A DNA stretch of 62,708 nt, counting the filler, from Choristocarpus tenellus KU-1152 (taxonomy: Eukaryota; Protista; Phaeophyceae), in the NCBI GenBank assembly GCA_964200185.2. It is 11 parts of 11 records of this genome, joined end to end, with 100 filler letters (N's around TTAATTAATTAA, not from the genome) between each part and the next. Parts side by side here need not be neighbours in the genome. Positions count along the whole stretch, not along the records: positions 19,703 to 36,672 come from CAXNAD020000740.1; positions 36,773 to 42,281 come from CAXNAD020010570.1; 9 more parts are not named here. One strand, written 5' to 3'. The notes below the pieces were generated by a model that was not told the DNA's origin, made no database searches, and worked only from the letters and a program-made list of their open reading frames with translations. The translations under genes were made by a program, and so were the position numbers. Shown one piece after another: positions 24,660-38,651 of this stretch (the stretch's first letter is position 1; each line of letters starts with the position of its first letter).

Positions 24660-26110
24660 CTAGCTCATCCCTGAGATCCTGCGCCAAGGCCTTGACTACA
24701 TCCTCCTGCTCCTCTCCTAGTTGCAGCCATTCCTAAGCCCTAGGAATGCTGCTGTTGGCTGGGAGCTCACCACCGTTGGTCTCAAGGTCTTCCATGGCCT
24801 TCCCCAAGTCAAGGCCGCGGTCTCCCTCTTCCTCCTCTCCTTGCCAGATGCCCAAACCCAGTTTCTGCTGGACCTATGTGAGGTCATGGACATTTTGGTC
24901 ACATGCAACAAAATGAAGTGCACCAGGGCCCATCACTGCAGCCAGCTGAGCTTTCTCTGGGTTATTTCGCATACTCGTCCTTAGCCAGCACCTATGGTCA
25001 GGGTTGGGAGGTGGGCTTTAGAAACAGGGATACATTGTTATGAAACCAGACAATAGAAGCACGATATTGGGGGGATGAATACGTAGTGGGGATGGTCAGG
25101 ACATTGACCGGATTGGATTCAAGAGTTACATTTACCTGGCAACAGATTCCTCGGTACAAATACGTCAGGTAACAGGCACTCCAACCCTTGACTGTCTTCT
25201 AGCGAGATATAATACCTTGTGTGTCGTCCTTGACCATTATTTTAATGTATCGTAGTGATGGATATCGGAGTAATTGAATTTCCAGTACCTGATTACCGAT
25301 ACATGATGAAAACACCACAAAAACATTGTCGCCTTGTGACTCTGAAGCTTGGAGGCTTTCAGTTTGTAGACTTATGGCCAGTTCGTCGTCTTGGTGTCTG
25401 GTGCTGGTTTAAATGTTTGGCTTGGTGGAGTGGATAGTATTACATGATGTAGAGCGAAAAATATGTATAGGGGTTTCCACAAAGATGGGAAGGCACCCCC
25501 TGCGGTCGAGGCCTGGCAAGATACCCTTGTTTGCCAGCTGAGCAGTAAAAAAACTCGACCACGATCCGTCGCCTATCACCTTTGCCTTTGCAAGCTTGCC
25601 CATGGCACTGAACCCGATCTCACAAGCATCCAGCAAGTGAGTGCTGTAGTCCTCACTCAATCCAGCCACCCCCCGAACCACTTTTCCGTCATGTGCCTGC
25701 AGCTGTAGTCGAGGAGCCATGGGTATTGTTGGCACGTGGACACGCAGCAGCTCCATCCTGTACTACCCGTTTGATACAGCAAATTTACATCTTGGTCCGT
25801 TGGCTGGTGCACCGGTGCATTTCGACCCGAAATCCGCCCCTGTCACCAGCCCCTTCGTATCGATCAGCTTACCATCCCCCGCACAGTTGTTCAATAGGAG
25901 TAGAACAGGGTTGGGGTTCACTCCCCTCACATCACTCTCCTCATGTGCGACAGGAAGATGGTACACAACCACTTCTTGAAAGTGGACTGGTCAGAGCATA
26001 CATTCCTCTGGATGGAGTAAACACATGGGAGTGACCTTTTCCTGGGAAGTTTGGCACGAACAAACTTAAAAAAATCCAGGTCGACAAGCACATCTGTCCA
26101 CCTTAAGGCG
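24660..26110 (-). pseudogene. pogo/Tigger-like DDE transposase remnant
   Basis: LPCVYSIQRNVCSDQSTFKKWLCTIFLSHMR, PVLLLLNNCAG, HQPTDQDV and YRMELL appear in pogo order across frameshifts, with an acidic C-terminal tail near 24660-24980. Confidence 0.75.
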
Positions 26111-27303
26111 TATACGTCCAATATGACCCAAAATATCCCTGGTAGTACGAAATTCAAAATAAGAACTACTGTACCAACAACCCCAAATGGTTCACCTTAT
26201 TGAACAACTCGCCTTGATTAGGATCACCTTAAAATGGGCCACCGCCTGTACCAAGAAGCTCTATGATGTGGTAGACGGAGACATCATAAGGGAATAAATA
26301 TCCCCAATATCCCGATGAAAAACGACTTTTGTGGCAAACATAAAAAAAAGTATGTACCCACCCCACCAGACCAGCTTTACCTCTTGCGCGTCTCCAGGTC
26401 AGCTTTGAATTGTTGTTTTATGGATTTCTTTATTCTTGGTCTCAACCTAAGACAAGAAAGACAGATATATGTAATGGAAACGAAGCAGTCCAAGATGATG
26501 TAGGCCGCACACTCGGATAATTACGAACAACTGAAATAAACAGATGATCAACTATTGGTAAAATCATGCTGCTACTCTGTGTCATTGAACAGACGAGAAA
26601 AAAAACGAATTCTAGTCTTTTTGTATAACCTATGTCAAAGTAGTATGTAGAGATCTTTGAGTCATTCTAACGTAGCGAGAGCGATGTTTAGACTCTTGTT
26701 ATTGGTTAAGGTACGTTAAACCTTTTTGATAACACCCCGTTCTCATGCCTGAAACGCGGCTAGCCTCCCTTATAAGGTTGTGGCTGCAGATTAGAATTCA
26801 GGCATTCATCCACACAAGTGTGACAGCGCCCTCAAGAATGGTAGAAGTACATACACACATATATTTATGTAACAGAATGTAGTCACAAAGACCCAAAATA
26901 CTAGACAACACCTCCCCCTCTAAGGTCTAATGCTTTTTTTGTGTCAAGGAGCTCTTGTTAGCAGTCGTAGATCACTACTACTGCTACTACTACAATTTAT
27001 GTATCTATATTTTGTATGCTCCAACAACAAAGTTTTCTTCAGTTTAGAGATGGGATTTTCTGTCATGAATTTGCATTTTAAATAATGATAAATGACCACA
27101 TAGAACGCCGTTCTAATTGGGCGCCACTTGTCCCTCCTACAGCAATTAGAGCTCTATATTATGATATACACAAATATACAAAACAAGCTATTGATGATTG
27201 CTTTTTAATGTAGTACATCCCACCACACCTGAAGTCCTTGCTAAATGTATCAGGGATCATATCAAATGAACCAGATTACTATGGTGGAATATATCGCAAC
27301 ACA

Positions 27304-27558
27304 GAGCCAAAGTAAACGAGAGGTACTAAGGTTTTGGTCGCTTTTGGATTTTAAGCCTGTTTTGAAATCTTTTGCAATTCACCCACATTTTATGAAGTTC
27401 TAAGTTTTACCTTGAGGGTGTTTACTTCCCTATTGTTTGAAATTGTTGGACACAATTCAGACATTACCCTATACACATTTTTTTTAGAAGTCGAATTTGT
27501 ACATATTTGTCAGCATCCTTTAAATGCAACTCTGAGTACCTCTTGTTTACTTTGACTC
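27304..27558. mobile_element. MITE family C copy
   Basis: GAGCCAAAGTAAACGAGAGGTAC...GTACCTCTTGTTTACTTTGACTC. Confidence 0.85.
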
Positions 27559-30407
27559 ACAAATACGAGCGAAGACAAGAGTCAGTTCCCAGTCATCAAG
27601 ATAACCAAAAACTAAAATGGCCCTGAGGTCCATTTTTCTAATATATATATATATACTTCGTATATATGTATGTACAATTAACAACCAAATCCCAGCATAA
27701 TATCTATGCACCTTGATGTACAACAAATGTGACCACTTATCTTCGCTAATATATCAAATTCTGGCTTATTTGAACCAGCTTGTCAAAACGCTATAAATAT
27801 TCCATATTCCATTCCAAGTTGTGTCGACAAACACACACAGCGTATCACAACTACTATTCAATTCATCATGCCAAGAATAAAATCAATGTCTTCTGGCATG
27901 GTGTAAAAGAGAGAAGGTCGGTGGAAGCAATGATGAGTAAAATTGGGTCTTACTGATAGTTGCAATGCCATGTTTAAGGATTTAAATGCTTATATTTTTC
28001 ATAGGATATACCTGGATTCAGGTTTCCATGACTTCGAAAAGGATTGCTGGTAACTAACAGCAATTCATAATTATAAACCCTGACAAAAATGTTTAATTCC
28101 ATGAGTGTCAAACAACTACACAGGCTCTTCATTGATGACTTTCATTGATGACTTTCGCGATGTCTGAGCGACAGTGAGGTCAAACGGGGTTTCTCTTTAA
28201 CTTACCATCCTTCTGCTCAGGTTCGTAGTCGTAGACAGTATTACAAAAACGCTCCCAGCAACATACCTAGATGGGATATGTGCCTCCAATCCACAAGCTT
28301 GTAAGCCTGATGATAAGACTCAAAGACAGCACTTGTGATGTGTCAAAAGCCTTTCAACCAGCAAGTTGAATGGTTGACAGATTGTTAGTATGATAGATGT
28401 AGGAATTCTTTCAAGCCTGATGTTTAGCTACTCAACAGTAACTTGAGGGGGTTGAATATTCTCAAATGTTTTCGGAATCTCGTGACTATCAAATGTTATG
28501 TACGTCAGATTATAATCTGTTATACAAGTCAACTGATTACTACTCCAGTATATTTCAAGATACATTACTTACATCATGTCTACAAGACGACTTTGAAACT
28601 TTGCGTTTTGAACTTTCCAAGAGCACGCTTGCCCCTTGTGCCGATTAACGCGCAGGTAGTGATACATACGCTAATCTCCTTGCCAAAAGACAGAATTGTC
28701 TAAAAATAGAAAAACTTGTACTAAAAATAGGTAGGTTGCAAATGCGAGTGACTTAATTTTTGCAAGGTAGACAAAACGAATACGAAAATACTAGTTTCTT
28801 TTTACTATATTGTCCATGTTTCTTATTTTTCACCCCTACATGACAACACCTGCAAAATGTCAGTGTGTATATAAATAACAGCGGCAAAAGGAGACTACAT
28901 TTGCAGGTTTCATGTCGTGGATAAGTGATGATCACTTGACCAAGACCTAATAATGCTTGGAGAAGTAACCGCTGAGAATCCGGGAGAAAAGAAGTCCAGA
29001 GACTAAATGGTATTTACAGTGGTGCCTCCAAGACGACGTTGAGGCTTTTGACATCGCACTGATCAGTGGGTTTTACCTGCAGAGTACTCTAACAGGTGGC
29101 ACAGATGTGTGGAGGTTCCAGCAAAAATTTCACGAACGGCTGGCATACCACTGACGACGTCGAAGCAGCCACAGGCCAATACGCAAAAGTGGGTTTTGGC
29201 CACCAACCACATGCAATGATGTCTGCTAAGCTTCTCTTTTCTTCTTCGGAGGGGAAGGGGACTGAGTTTTGCCTAGCCTAGGAAAATCTGCTTGGTGTTG
29301 ATGGGAGTAGATTATATCTAGCTGGTGTAATCACTTCATGTAGATGATCTGAAGTGTACGTGGGTATGTGGTCGTCCTTGAACCGATTAGTGTCGTTGAT
29401 ACTGGAACTGATTCTTGAATTGGGTTTTCTGTTTTTTCTTCTCTCTATGGATTTGACCGATGGACCTGCCTTTTTGGGACATAGTATAGGTCCTTCTCAT
29501 TTCTTGCTCTATTTTGTATTGTGTTTCTGATAATGAGTTCGAATACGTATTATATTTTGTATCACTGCATCATACTTAGAACAAATGTGATATCAATCAA
29601 TCAAAAATACTACTTGAAGTATTAATAGTGTTAGTATACAGAAAGGGCCTTTGTTACACCAGTAATTTCATTTCACAATCTATCATTTCTGCTCGTTACT
29701 TCAGGATAATACTGCATACTGTGTCTCATTCTCCTCATGTTTGGGCAATAATACTACTGCGTTGACAATTTTTTGAAATGATTGAAATTTGAGAAAAAAA
29801 GATAAGCATGTTGTAACTGTTGCTTGGATGACGAGACAGACGGAAAAAGCGAAAATGCATGTATGTGCCAAGTTTTTCCTAAGTTGGATGAAGTATTTGC
29901 ATTTGCTTGCTGGCTTGACTGGGCTAGCACGGCGGGCCACCTGGGGATATTCCTTGTCTACGTCTTCGTGAGTTCATGGACGATGGGGGTTCCTACAACG
30001 CCCTCACACACGGAGATCAATCACGTTAGCTATGCCATGCAAGATTTCCCATCTCGCCCTCCAGCAAGTGCAAGTCGTGCACTTTCTCCTGTCTCACTAC
30101 CTCACTTCTGCCCGGCCTCTACAGTTGCAAACCAGGACTCCAGCAGCAATGCCAGCAGGATTTCATAAAATGCAGGCTCGCTGGGCCCGTCAATGACAAG
30201 GATGTCATATGCGGTACACTATAACGCAGCAGTGGTTTGGTATCATAGTAGCTATACCTCTAAGGTATTCGGTGTAGTTTTTGCTAGTAATTTGACATTG
30301 AAAAACGATTGAATTAAAACCTCTCCTCGCTCTCAGTCGGACTTGAGAGTCATCGCTGAACATGAAACATCTATCCATGTGGATTATTGTCCAAATGGTT
30401 CCTACAG

Positions 30408-33400
30408 GGTGTTCCCTTGTCTACTATGGCGCTTGCTTACCTGAAGCTGGTTGCTCTGCTGATGCCATGGTCGAATGCATAGAAGAGCTCATGGCCTGGG
30501 ACTGCTCAGAGATGAGCGTTTGTGGCAATAACTGTGCTGCAGCTAGTGGGGAGGTGAGGCACCGCAATATTCACCTGACTACCTCCTCACGCACAATTCC
30601 ATGTGTACAAAACATAATTAACTGACCCCGAAGAAATCGTTCCACTCAGCAGATACACACACCACACACCCTTCTCGTGTACATGCCACTCAGCATCACA
30701 GGATTACTACAATAGTACTAGTGGAACTTAGTTTGCGTTCTCAACCTCAGCATCAACTCTTGCACACCATAACCACATGCTTCGTACTAAAAATGACATA
30801 CCATTATAGCTACCCGCCAGGGTGCAACAACGAGCGCACAACAAGTCAGGTTTGTAGGCAGGGACCTTGACCCAATCGCGTTCAGCAGAGCATTATAATT
30901 GCAGTGACTCGATCTTTTTTGTGTCTTGATCTGCAAACTCGAAATACTATGAACTACTGGTCTGGTCTAGGGTAGGACAATGAGAGCAGCACTCACGTGT
31001 ATCCCAGAGTAGTACTCTCCCAAACGTTTACTGTGCACAGTTGGGCTTGTTTGTACAAAGGAAGTTGCAGCACAACAATATTACTGAAGAACATGTTTTG
31101 AGGTCCCTGTACTGCTAGGAACTGTGTGGCAATTTAATATATTGATATAGGCGTGTATGTATGAGCACTGTGGGCCAGAGGAGGGCCAAGTGGTGAGCAG
31201 CATGTATCGTTGACAAGAAAACAGCAGTTGCAAAGGTTGTGCCCCTTCTGGAGACTTTGCATGAGTGTGACTATCTTGGACTCACATTCTTCTTTTATAC
31301 ATTTAGTTTATGGTTGCAGATACTCCCCGGACTCTGTGGAGGGAAAGCTGGTACTGTATGGCAGTAGCTACTCAGGAGTACTTGATCTTACCAACTGTTG
31401 ATGGATGACACATGCAAAAACACATCTTATGTTTGCCTGTGCTATAGTTGACTGATCCCCTACATGATACCTCTACCATGTACACCAACTACCTACACTG
31501 AGAGTTTGCTAAGACTTTCATGTAAGAGACAACAGTGAGCAAAAGTATCTTAGAGGGTAGAGCCGTGTCCATTTGGGGGTCAAAATCTAATGTTACGATT
31601 TTGATGTAGTTTTGGCTATTGTGTTTGTTAGGAGGTGTCAATATCTATGCTTCGGACACACCTTTTCATAACGTATACATTTTACCTACTCCGAAACATT
31701 TTGGAGCAGAAAAATGTCATCAAAACACCCATGGGAAGTTAAGCCCCAAATAGACAAACAGGACAAAATTCGTACCCTCTAGGATACTTTCACTCAGTAG
31801 GTGATAATTCTTTGAGGAATGTCTTGGTCATGGAGTATCGTGCTTGTGCTGCAATATTTTCACCACTAGAATGAAAGATCTCTTGCCTGTTTGAAATTTT
31901 TGCCCAACCATACAGTTGGATGCATTCATCCTTCACTTCTCCTTACCCTTGAATATTCTTATTCATATTTGCTCTTGACACTGAAATACAACCGTTAACA
32001 ATGAATTGTTTTTTCAAATCTCCAATTGCGTTGAAGCAAGTGCCTGAGGATGCTGTTATTCTGCCTATCAACAACTTTGGTGCCAATTATATCCAGCTAA
32101 GTGTTTGTGACAAGGGGGCAAGTCTGACCAGACTCAATCAGCTTGGGCAGGTGATTAAGAGCATATTAAAGCTTTGACAAAGGAATGTTGAAAATGCTAA
32201 TACCGCCATCAGTCAGGGGAAGAGGGAGGGGTTACACAACAAGAAGTATCCTTGAACCTATTTTACTAGTACTAAGTTCAGCATGATTATAGACGGGGTC
32301 TATCCTCCTTTTTCTTATTTTTTCCTGTTGTGTTTCAAAATAGCTAAGATATACAACTATATCGCTGTACCTCAGTGTTATACAGCATACTGGTACATAT
32401 GTGTGTATATATATGTGTGTGTATGTGTATGGCAAGAATGTCTCACCCCTCTTCTTTTTATCATTGATCTCTCTTTGAGATGGGTGTTTAATCTGACATG
32501 GTGGAGATTGTGAGCCTGTTTCTTCCAACTGTTCGCCACAGACATTGCTGTGGAAACTCTTCAGAGTACTATTGTTTCAGATCAAACATTTAACGTCATG
32601 TTATGGCAATCCCTTCTACTACCTTGTTCTTGGTATGGCGTTTTTGCTGTGTAGTGCCAAATAGGATAGCCTTGCCAAGGTGTGTTGATACAAACCATAA
32701 AACGAACGCTGCATATTACCAAGATTATTATACACTACTCACCTCCTTCATGTAGCAGCTCCGAATTGATTCATTCTAAACCAGCTGACCCCACCAAGAA
32801 GTCCTAAGTATGGTTTTCCTTCCTAACTAGTCTAACTGATGACACTTCTTCTCCACTTTGTATCTACTACTGACCTCAAACTTTTCTCTGTGCTAATGAT
32901 CAAGATGAACTGTCTGCAATAACTGCAGATTACTTTGGAGTTAGGTTATATGAAGCACCTACTGCATTTGACGCCATTTTCCCTCTTCATCACTTTCTCA
33001 TACCAACCCTCTTCGTGCTGTTAGTCTTAATAGCAGCTGCGCCCCTTTGTCTCCCATGAAGTATGCAATGTACTCTGGAGTAGTAGATAGCCACTACTAG
33101 TAACTACTTTCAAGTGCTATGAACTCACACAATAAAAGTGCTTGGCTTGAAATGGTCCAGAGTACTCCAGAGCAGTCACTCCTTGCAATATAGTACTATG
33201 TAGTAATGGAACAACAGTACCAAGAGCAATAATATATATATGTATATGTCAGGTCAGCATGGAGAGGTGCTCGGACACTGATGGGAGCTTCAATATCTGT
33301 GATGTGTGGGTTGCACCCTACACGCAAACTGCTGTGGCTATCCCTTCAAATTCAACATACTTGAGGGTGCAGCAGTGCACCTTTACAGAAGACTCCCCTG

Positions 33401-35070
33401 AGTGTCTTTCAGACCCTATCCCCGTGGAGATATATGGATCACCCATTTTGTGGCCGAGTTCTGTTGACATCAACTACTCCGTGGCGACCCGGTGTCAAAA
33501 GGTAATTGTGAACAAATTACGTTATGTTCCAAGACTTTGCCACCTCTTTATGGATAGCACCAAGACTTGATAGCACCAAACTAGGTTCAAAGTATCTGGG
33601 GGAGGGGTGGCAGCTGTCCATTTGGGGTCAATTTTTTCATGTCGTGATCTTTGAGTTATTTGGTTGTATAAATATCTTGAATGGATAATATAAGTGCATT
33701 TTTCCTGGTTATGATCCAAATGGACACCCTGGTGTAGACCGCCCCCGCCCCCCCAGATACTTTGGGTCACCATTCATAGTATACTTTTCCTCTCGGTGAC
33801 CACGGGCAAATAGTTCTACAGAAATCTGCGTCTTGCATATCTGGTGCCCTGGAGATACCATTCCTTGTCAGCTTGTATAAAAAGTCTGACACTTCGAAAT
33901 GTTTTGTTACGTCTAGCACATGACAAGAATGAGCCATTTTAGATGATTTTTTAATTTTTAATTTTCAAGTCCCAGAATGAATTAGGCCTGCTGGTGGTGC
34001 GGTTGGAAGAGGGTAGGTGCTTGTTAATACTCTAGCCTCGATTGGAAGTCAGGAGCACAGTTCTTGGCATTTGACGAGGTAAATATTTCTGGTACATACT
34101 CTGTTCCTATGCTTGTGAGTATCAACCTTAACCTATTATCCATGTTGACGGGATCCTTCCAAAAGATCATGACGGTGAATTGTTTCTGGGTAACTAGCAG
34201 TTGTATGGTGGCCAGAGGAGCAGCATGCAGACATTTTTTTCAAGACATTGGCGTGATTTTGAGATTTTCCAGCAAATATTAAAGTTGCAATTAACACATG
34301 TCTTTTGAAGTACAGTTGCAGCAAAACATATATTAACTTCTTAGAGTGCCATACACACCTCAGGTTTACTGCTCTAAGTGCCAGATTAACTCTTATGCAA
34401 GGGACTCGCCATTAAAAACAGAGGTGTAAATCGCTCACTTGGTAGTGAGTTTAGTACTTATCGTATCCCACCTACTTGCAGTAAATGGCATGATGAGGTA
34501 GTATATTCACGGCCAATACGGACTCCATGTCAGAGCCAAAATTGATTGGAAAAAAACATAATGTACCTTGTCTTACATGTCTGTTACATCGCCCTTCCCC
34601 TCTTGGAACAATGATTCGATATCTTGCACATCTCGGCATCACTCCTGTATGTCTCTCTTCTCACCAGTACTCCCATTTGCTGTAGGTGTGTGTTCCTTCT
34701 TTTATATTAGACGGTCAATATGCCACACACACATCTCCAGCCACGGAGTTATCGTGTATCTTGAAAGAAATACCATAACAATAACAAGGTGTTACAAGCC
34801 AATAGAAGGCAATTTGTCCATGAAATCAAGAATTAAAAGCCCTCATGATTGCCCTTCTACACCCTCGTCTCTCTCTCGTCTGTTTGTTGATCTCTTGTGG
34901 TGGTGGTGGTGATGCATTGGCCTCAGGATACTGACTGTCCTGGGTCTTTCTGTGATTATCAGCAACAGCCACCCACATGTGCCCCCAAGATCACTCAGCA
35001 CTTTGAAAATAGTGGGAGCAAATTCATGTATCCACGGTGGTCACTGCTTGCTAATGATGATGGCAACTGA
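30408..35070 (+). CDS. Putative multi-exon gene for an unidentified Cys-rich, probably extracellular protein; candidate exons 30408-30553, ~32037-32150, 33253-33501, 34927-35070
   Basis: Open frames bounded by AG/GT: GCSLVYYGACLPEAGCSADAMVECIEE, VPEDAVILPINNFGANYIQLSVC, MERCSDTDGSFNICDVWVAPY, DTDCPGSFCDYQQQPPTC. The exon chain is not fully resolved. Confidence 0.45.
31537..31795. mobile_element. MITE family B copy
   Basis: TIRs and interior match family B. Confidence 0.9.
33584..33768. mobile_element. MITE family A copy
   Basis: TIRs present; flanks acta/acca. Confidence 0.9.
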
Positions 35071-35612
35071 CTCAAGTCACATGCTAGGCAGATTTTGTGC
35101 CCCCCCAAACTCGGTTCTTTCATTGCTATCCCTCTTTCCCACTTGTTATAATGATGATTTATTTGTATGTAATATCAACTGATTGGTCGCACATAAAAGA
35201 AAGGAGAGTGACTACTTAGGGCCTGGACTATAGTATGGTCAGAATAATAATAGTGCAGCGGGTAGCTAGTGCTTGGTTTGCGCACACCATACCCAACAGT
35301 GGATAACATGAACGATGAGGGATAAACATAATTCTGAAGGAATAAAATATATATTTGAGCTTCATGGGGCGTCTATCTATATTTTGAATGTAGTCAGTAC
35401 ACAAATAAAAAACATAGTGGAATACTTTCAAATATCATTGTACTTGGACAACAGAGAAATGCCCTTATCCATTTCTATTCGCTTCGTTCAGATTTCCTAT
35501 GCATTGTGTTATTGATCTACTTTTGGTGTGGAATATTATGCATAGTACGCAGAGGAAGGTGTCTATATTTTGTAATTCTATTTGTAGATAATCATAGCAT
35601 TGTTATCGAATT

Positions 35613-35800
35613 GACCCAAAGTATCTGGGGGGGCGCGGGGGCGGTCTACACCAGGGTGTCCATTTAGACCAAAACCAGGAAAAGTGCACTTACATTATCC
35701 ATTCGACGTATGCAACCAAATCACCCAAAGATCGCGACAACATGAAAAAATTGACCCCAAATGGACAGCTGCCACCCCCCCCCCCCAGATACTTTGAACC
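35613..35800. mobile_element. MITE family A copy with 4-bp TSD AATT
   Basis: aatt|GACCCAAAGTATCTGGGG...CCCCAGATACTTTGAACC|aatt. Confidence 0.9.
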
Positions 35801-35964
35801 AATTGAGCTAAATGCAACACAAGTTTATGATATGTAGGTGGTGAATGGTTGGCAGCCTAGGGTGGGGCATGGTTGGAGTAAAACAATGACCGTAAACGTG
35901 TGCATTTATGTGTGTATGTATGTACAGTCAACGGCAGTAAATGATGCACAACAATCAGGGAGAA

Positions 35965-36116
35965 GACCTGCACCAGAGTATCCATTTGGACAAAAACCAG
36001 GAAAAATGCACTTTCATTATCCATCCAACGTATGGAACCAGATCACCCCAAAATCGAGACATGAAAAAATGGACCCCAATTGGACAGCCGCCACCCCCCC
36101 CCAGATACTTTAAGTC
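35965..36116. mobile_element. MITE family A copy, left end lost
   Basis: Colinear with 35645-35800. Confidence 0.8.
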
Positions 36117-36499
36117 TCACCTTTTTCATCTTTTGCAATTCACCCTTATTTCTATGGATGAATTGCTAAGATTATCTTAAGAGCGTCGGTTAATATATAA
36201 TTATTAAAAATAATTCTACAGAATTGAGAATAGTTCCCATACACATTGGTACAAAAGCAAAATTTTGCACATAGTCAAATCATCCATAAAATACAACCCT
36301 GAGTACCTCTCCTTTACTTTGGCTCACAACAACACTAATTTATTGAAAATAAATATCAGACTCCCTGTGTTGTCGATCAAGCACATACATACAGTACATA
36401 TTTACATACACACATCCAAAGGAACAATATGCAGACAGTGTTCAAGGTCACAGAGTGAGCTCTATTTTTCTATCCACAGTTACTAGCTCTGTAATATAT

Positions 36500-36672
36500 G
36501 GCTCAAAGTCTCTGAGGGGGGGTGGCGGCTGTCCATTTGGGACCCATTTTTCCATGTCGCGATTTTTGGGTGATTTGGTTTCATGCGTCAGATGGATAAT
36601 GTAAGTCCACTTCTCCTGGTCAGGGCCTGAACGGATACCCTGGTGTAGCTCCCCCCCCCCCCTAGATACTTT
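36500..36672. mobile_element. MITE family A copy at a contig end; further partial ends at 1-69, 5135-5154, 9170-9216, 47149-47238, 59661-59815
   Basis: TIR and interior match family A. Several contigs break inside its G/C runs. Confidence 0.85.
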
Positions 36673-38651
36673 NNNNNNNNNNNNNNNNNNNNNNNNNNNN
36701 NNNNNNNNNNNNNNNNTTAATTAATTAANNNNNNNNNNNNNNNNNNNNNNNNNNNNNNNNNNNNNNNNNNNNCGTGATCATGAGGAAGGGCAAATAAAGG
36801 GTAGGGGGGGGGGGGGGGGGGGGTGAGGGGCCCACAATCTCATACCAATAAAATTAGTAACAATAATAAGCATCTTCATTCATCATCACTATAATCCCAC
36901 TAGTCTGAGGAGATGTGATATAGGCACAAGTAGGGTGGTGTCTGCACATGCCAGCTATACAGTTGGGAGTGGCAAGCGGGGCAGAGATGGAGGAAAGTTC
37001 AGGAATAGATGATGCCAGTGCTTGTTTCAGGGGATATGAGGAGGAGAGGACAAGAAATGGAGCTAGGTGAAGGTTGGGTGAGTTGATTGACTATTTCTTC
37101 CTGTGCCGGAACTCTGGTGAACAGATGGGTCTTGACTGGACCAAGAGCATACCCACTTCAACAACAAACAAACATCACAACAGCACCACATCAAGAGTTA
37201 CATACGAAAGCCACTCCATTAGCATTGACATTGTATCAGTCCACACTGAAAACGCCTAAGAGTACACACAGCAAATAAAAACAAAGGTCCCCACTCATCT
37301 CTTTGCACTTCAGTCCCTCAACAGACACACAGGTACTCATATACATTCTGAAAATAACTACACCAAGATGATGCAGACAGTCATGTGGGAACAAATATTT
37401 AAAAGGACAAAAAGATACTACTCCCAAGAAAATTCTGACCAATGCTGTCCTTCTCCTTCTGAAATTTGGTAGGGGAGGAAGAAGCAGAATCCGTAATTAC
37501 TAAGGTCATGCCCCACAACTCTTGGAAGATATGTCCACACAACAACATGCTCTCTACACTTGTCATTCATAAGCATCGATGATGTCCTTGTGATTTTACC
37601 GACGAGCAACTACCTACCATGGGAGATGTGTATGACAAAAGACGCTTTGAAATAATGTGGCAAAAAAAAATTCCCATGAGGACCAAAAAAAGGTATGAAG
37701 TAGTTGCTGCTACAAGCAAAGTGATGGATATTTAAAAGTACCATCATTCCACCCCCTTTCCTTTCTTTCTACCTATGTAGCTACACTTGAGATCTATTTT
37801 TTCTTTTTCCCTGTCAGAGTGATTCTACCTCTAAGTATTTGAAGAGGTCATTGCAACAGCGACACTACCTAGCTCACTACCCAGTCAGCAAATCAGTTAG
37901 GGACAGAAATTTCCTTATAGGTTTCTAAGCTTGGGTTTCCTGAAGGCATGCAAGGAGTAAGACCATGCTTCATCCCAACAAAAATGTCACAGAAAAAAAC
38001 AAGAAGAATTCAAAAGCGCATGTCCAGCATAGACACAATTAATAGCTTCAGTGAGAGCAACAACCATTGATCACACTCTTACACCATATAGTACAGACTA
38101 TACCAAAACACACAAGACAAGCAGGAAATATGTGGTTAGAGAGGGCAATCCATTTCAACCTTCGGAGGGCAAGCCCACCGGCACATTCTCTCCATATATT
38201 CACTTCCGCTAATATATATATATACATATACAAACAAAATAGAAGGGGAGAACATGGGACAAGTGGTTCAATACATAAGTTGACAATATAATTCCCCAGC
38301 AATGATGTTCCGATAATTGGAAATATACACTGGCTTGCAAGTGAATATATTGCTACAACTGTCACCAAGTGCATGCAGAGGGTATAAAGTCGGGGTTTCA
38401 TTGTGAGTGACACTGTAAACATTTATGAACGAAGAATAGATTACCTTGGCAATGAAATGACACGGAATATGATACCAGGAGCTCGCCTGCCACAGAACTG
38501 GTGCCATGTATCTAATCATGACAGTGCACGGAAGAGGGCAATATTTTCCCTCTTTCCCTCCTTCCTTACCTACCCACTTGCTTATGTACAGTCTCTTCCT
38601 CCCGCTTACCATTCCGATTCAGGCCACTCACTTGGAGGCATATCCTCTCAC

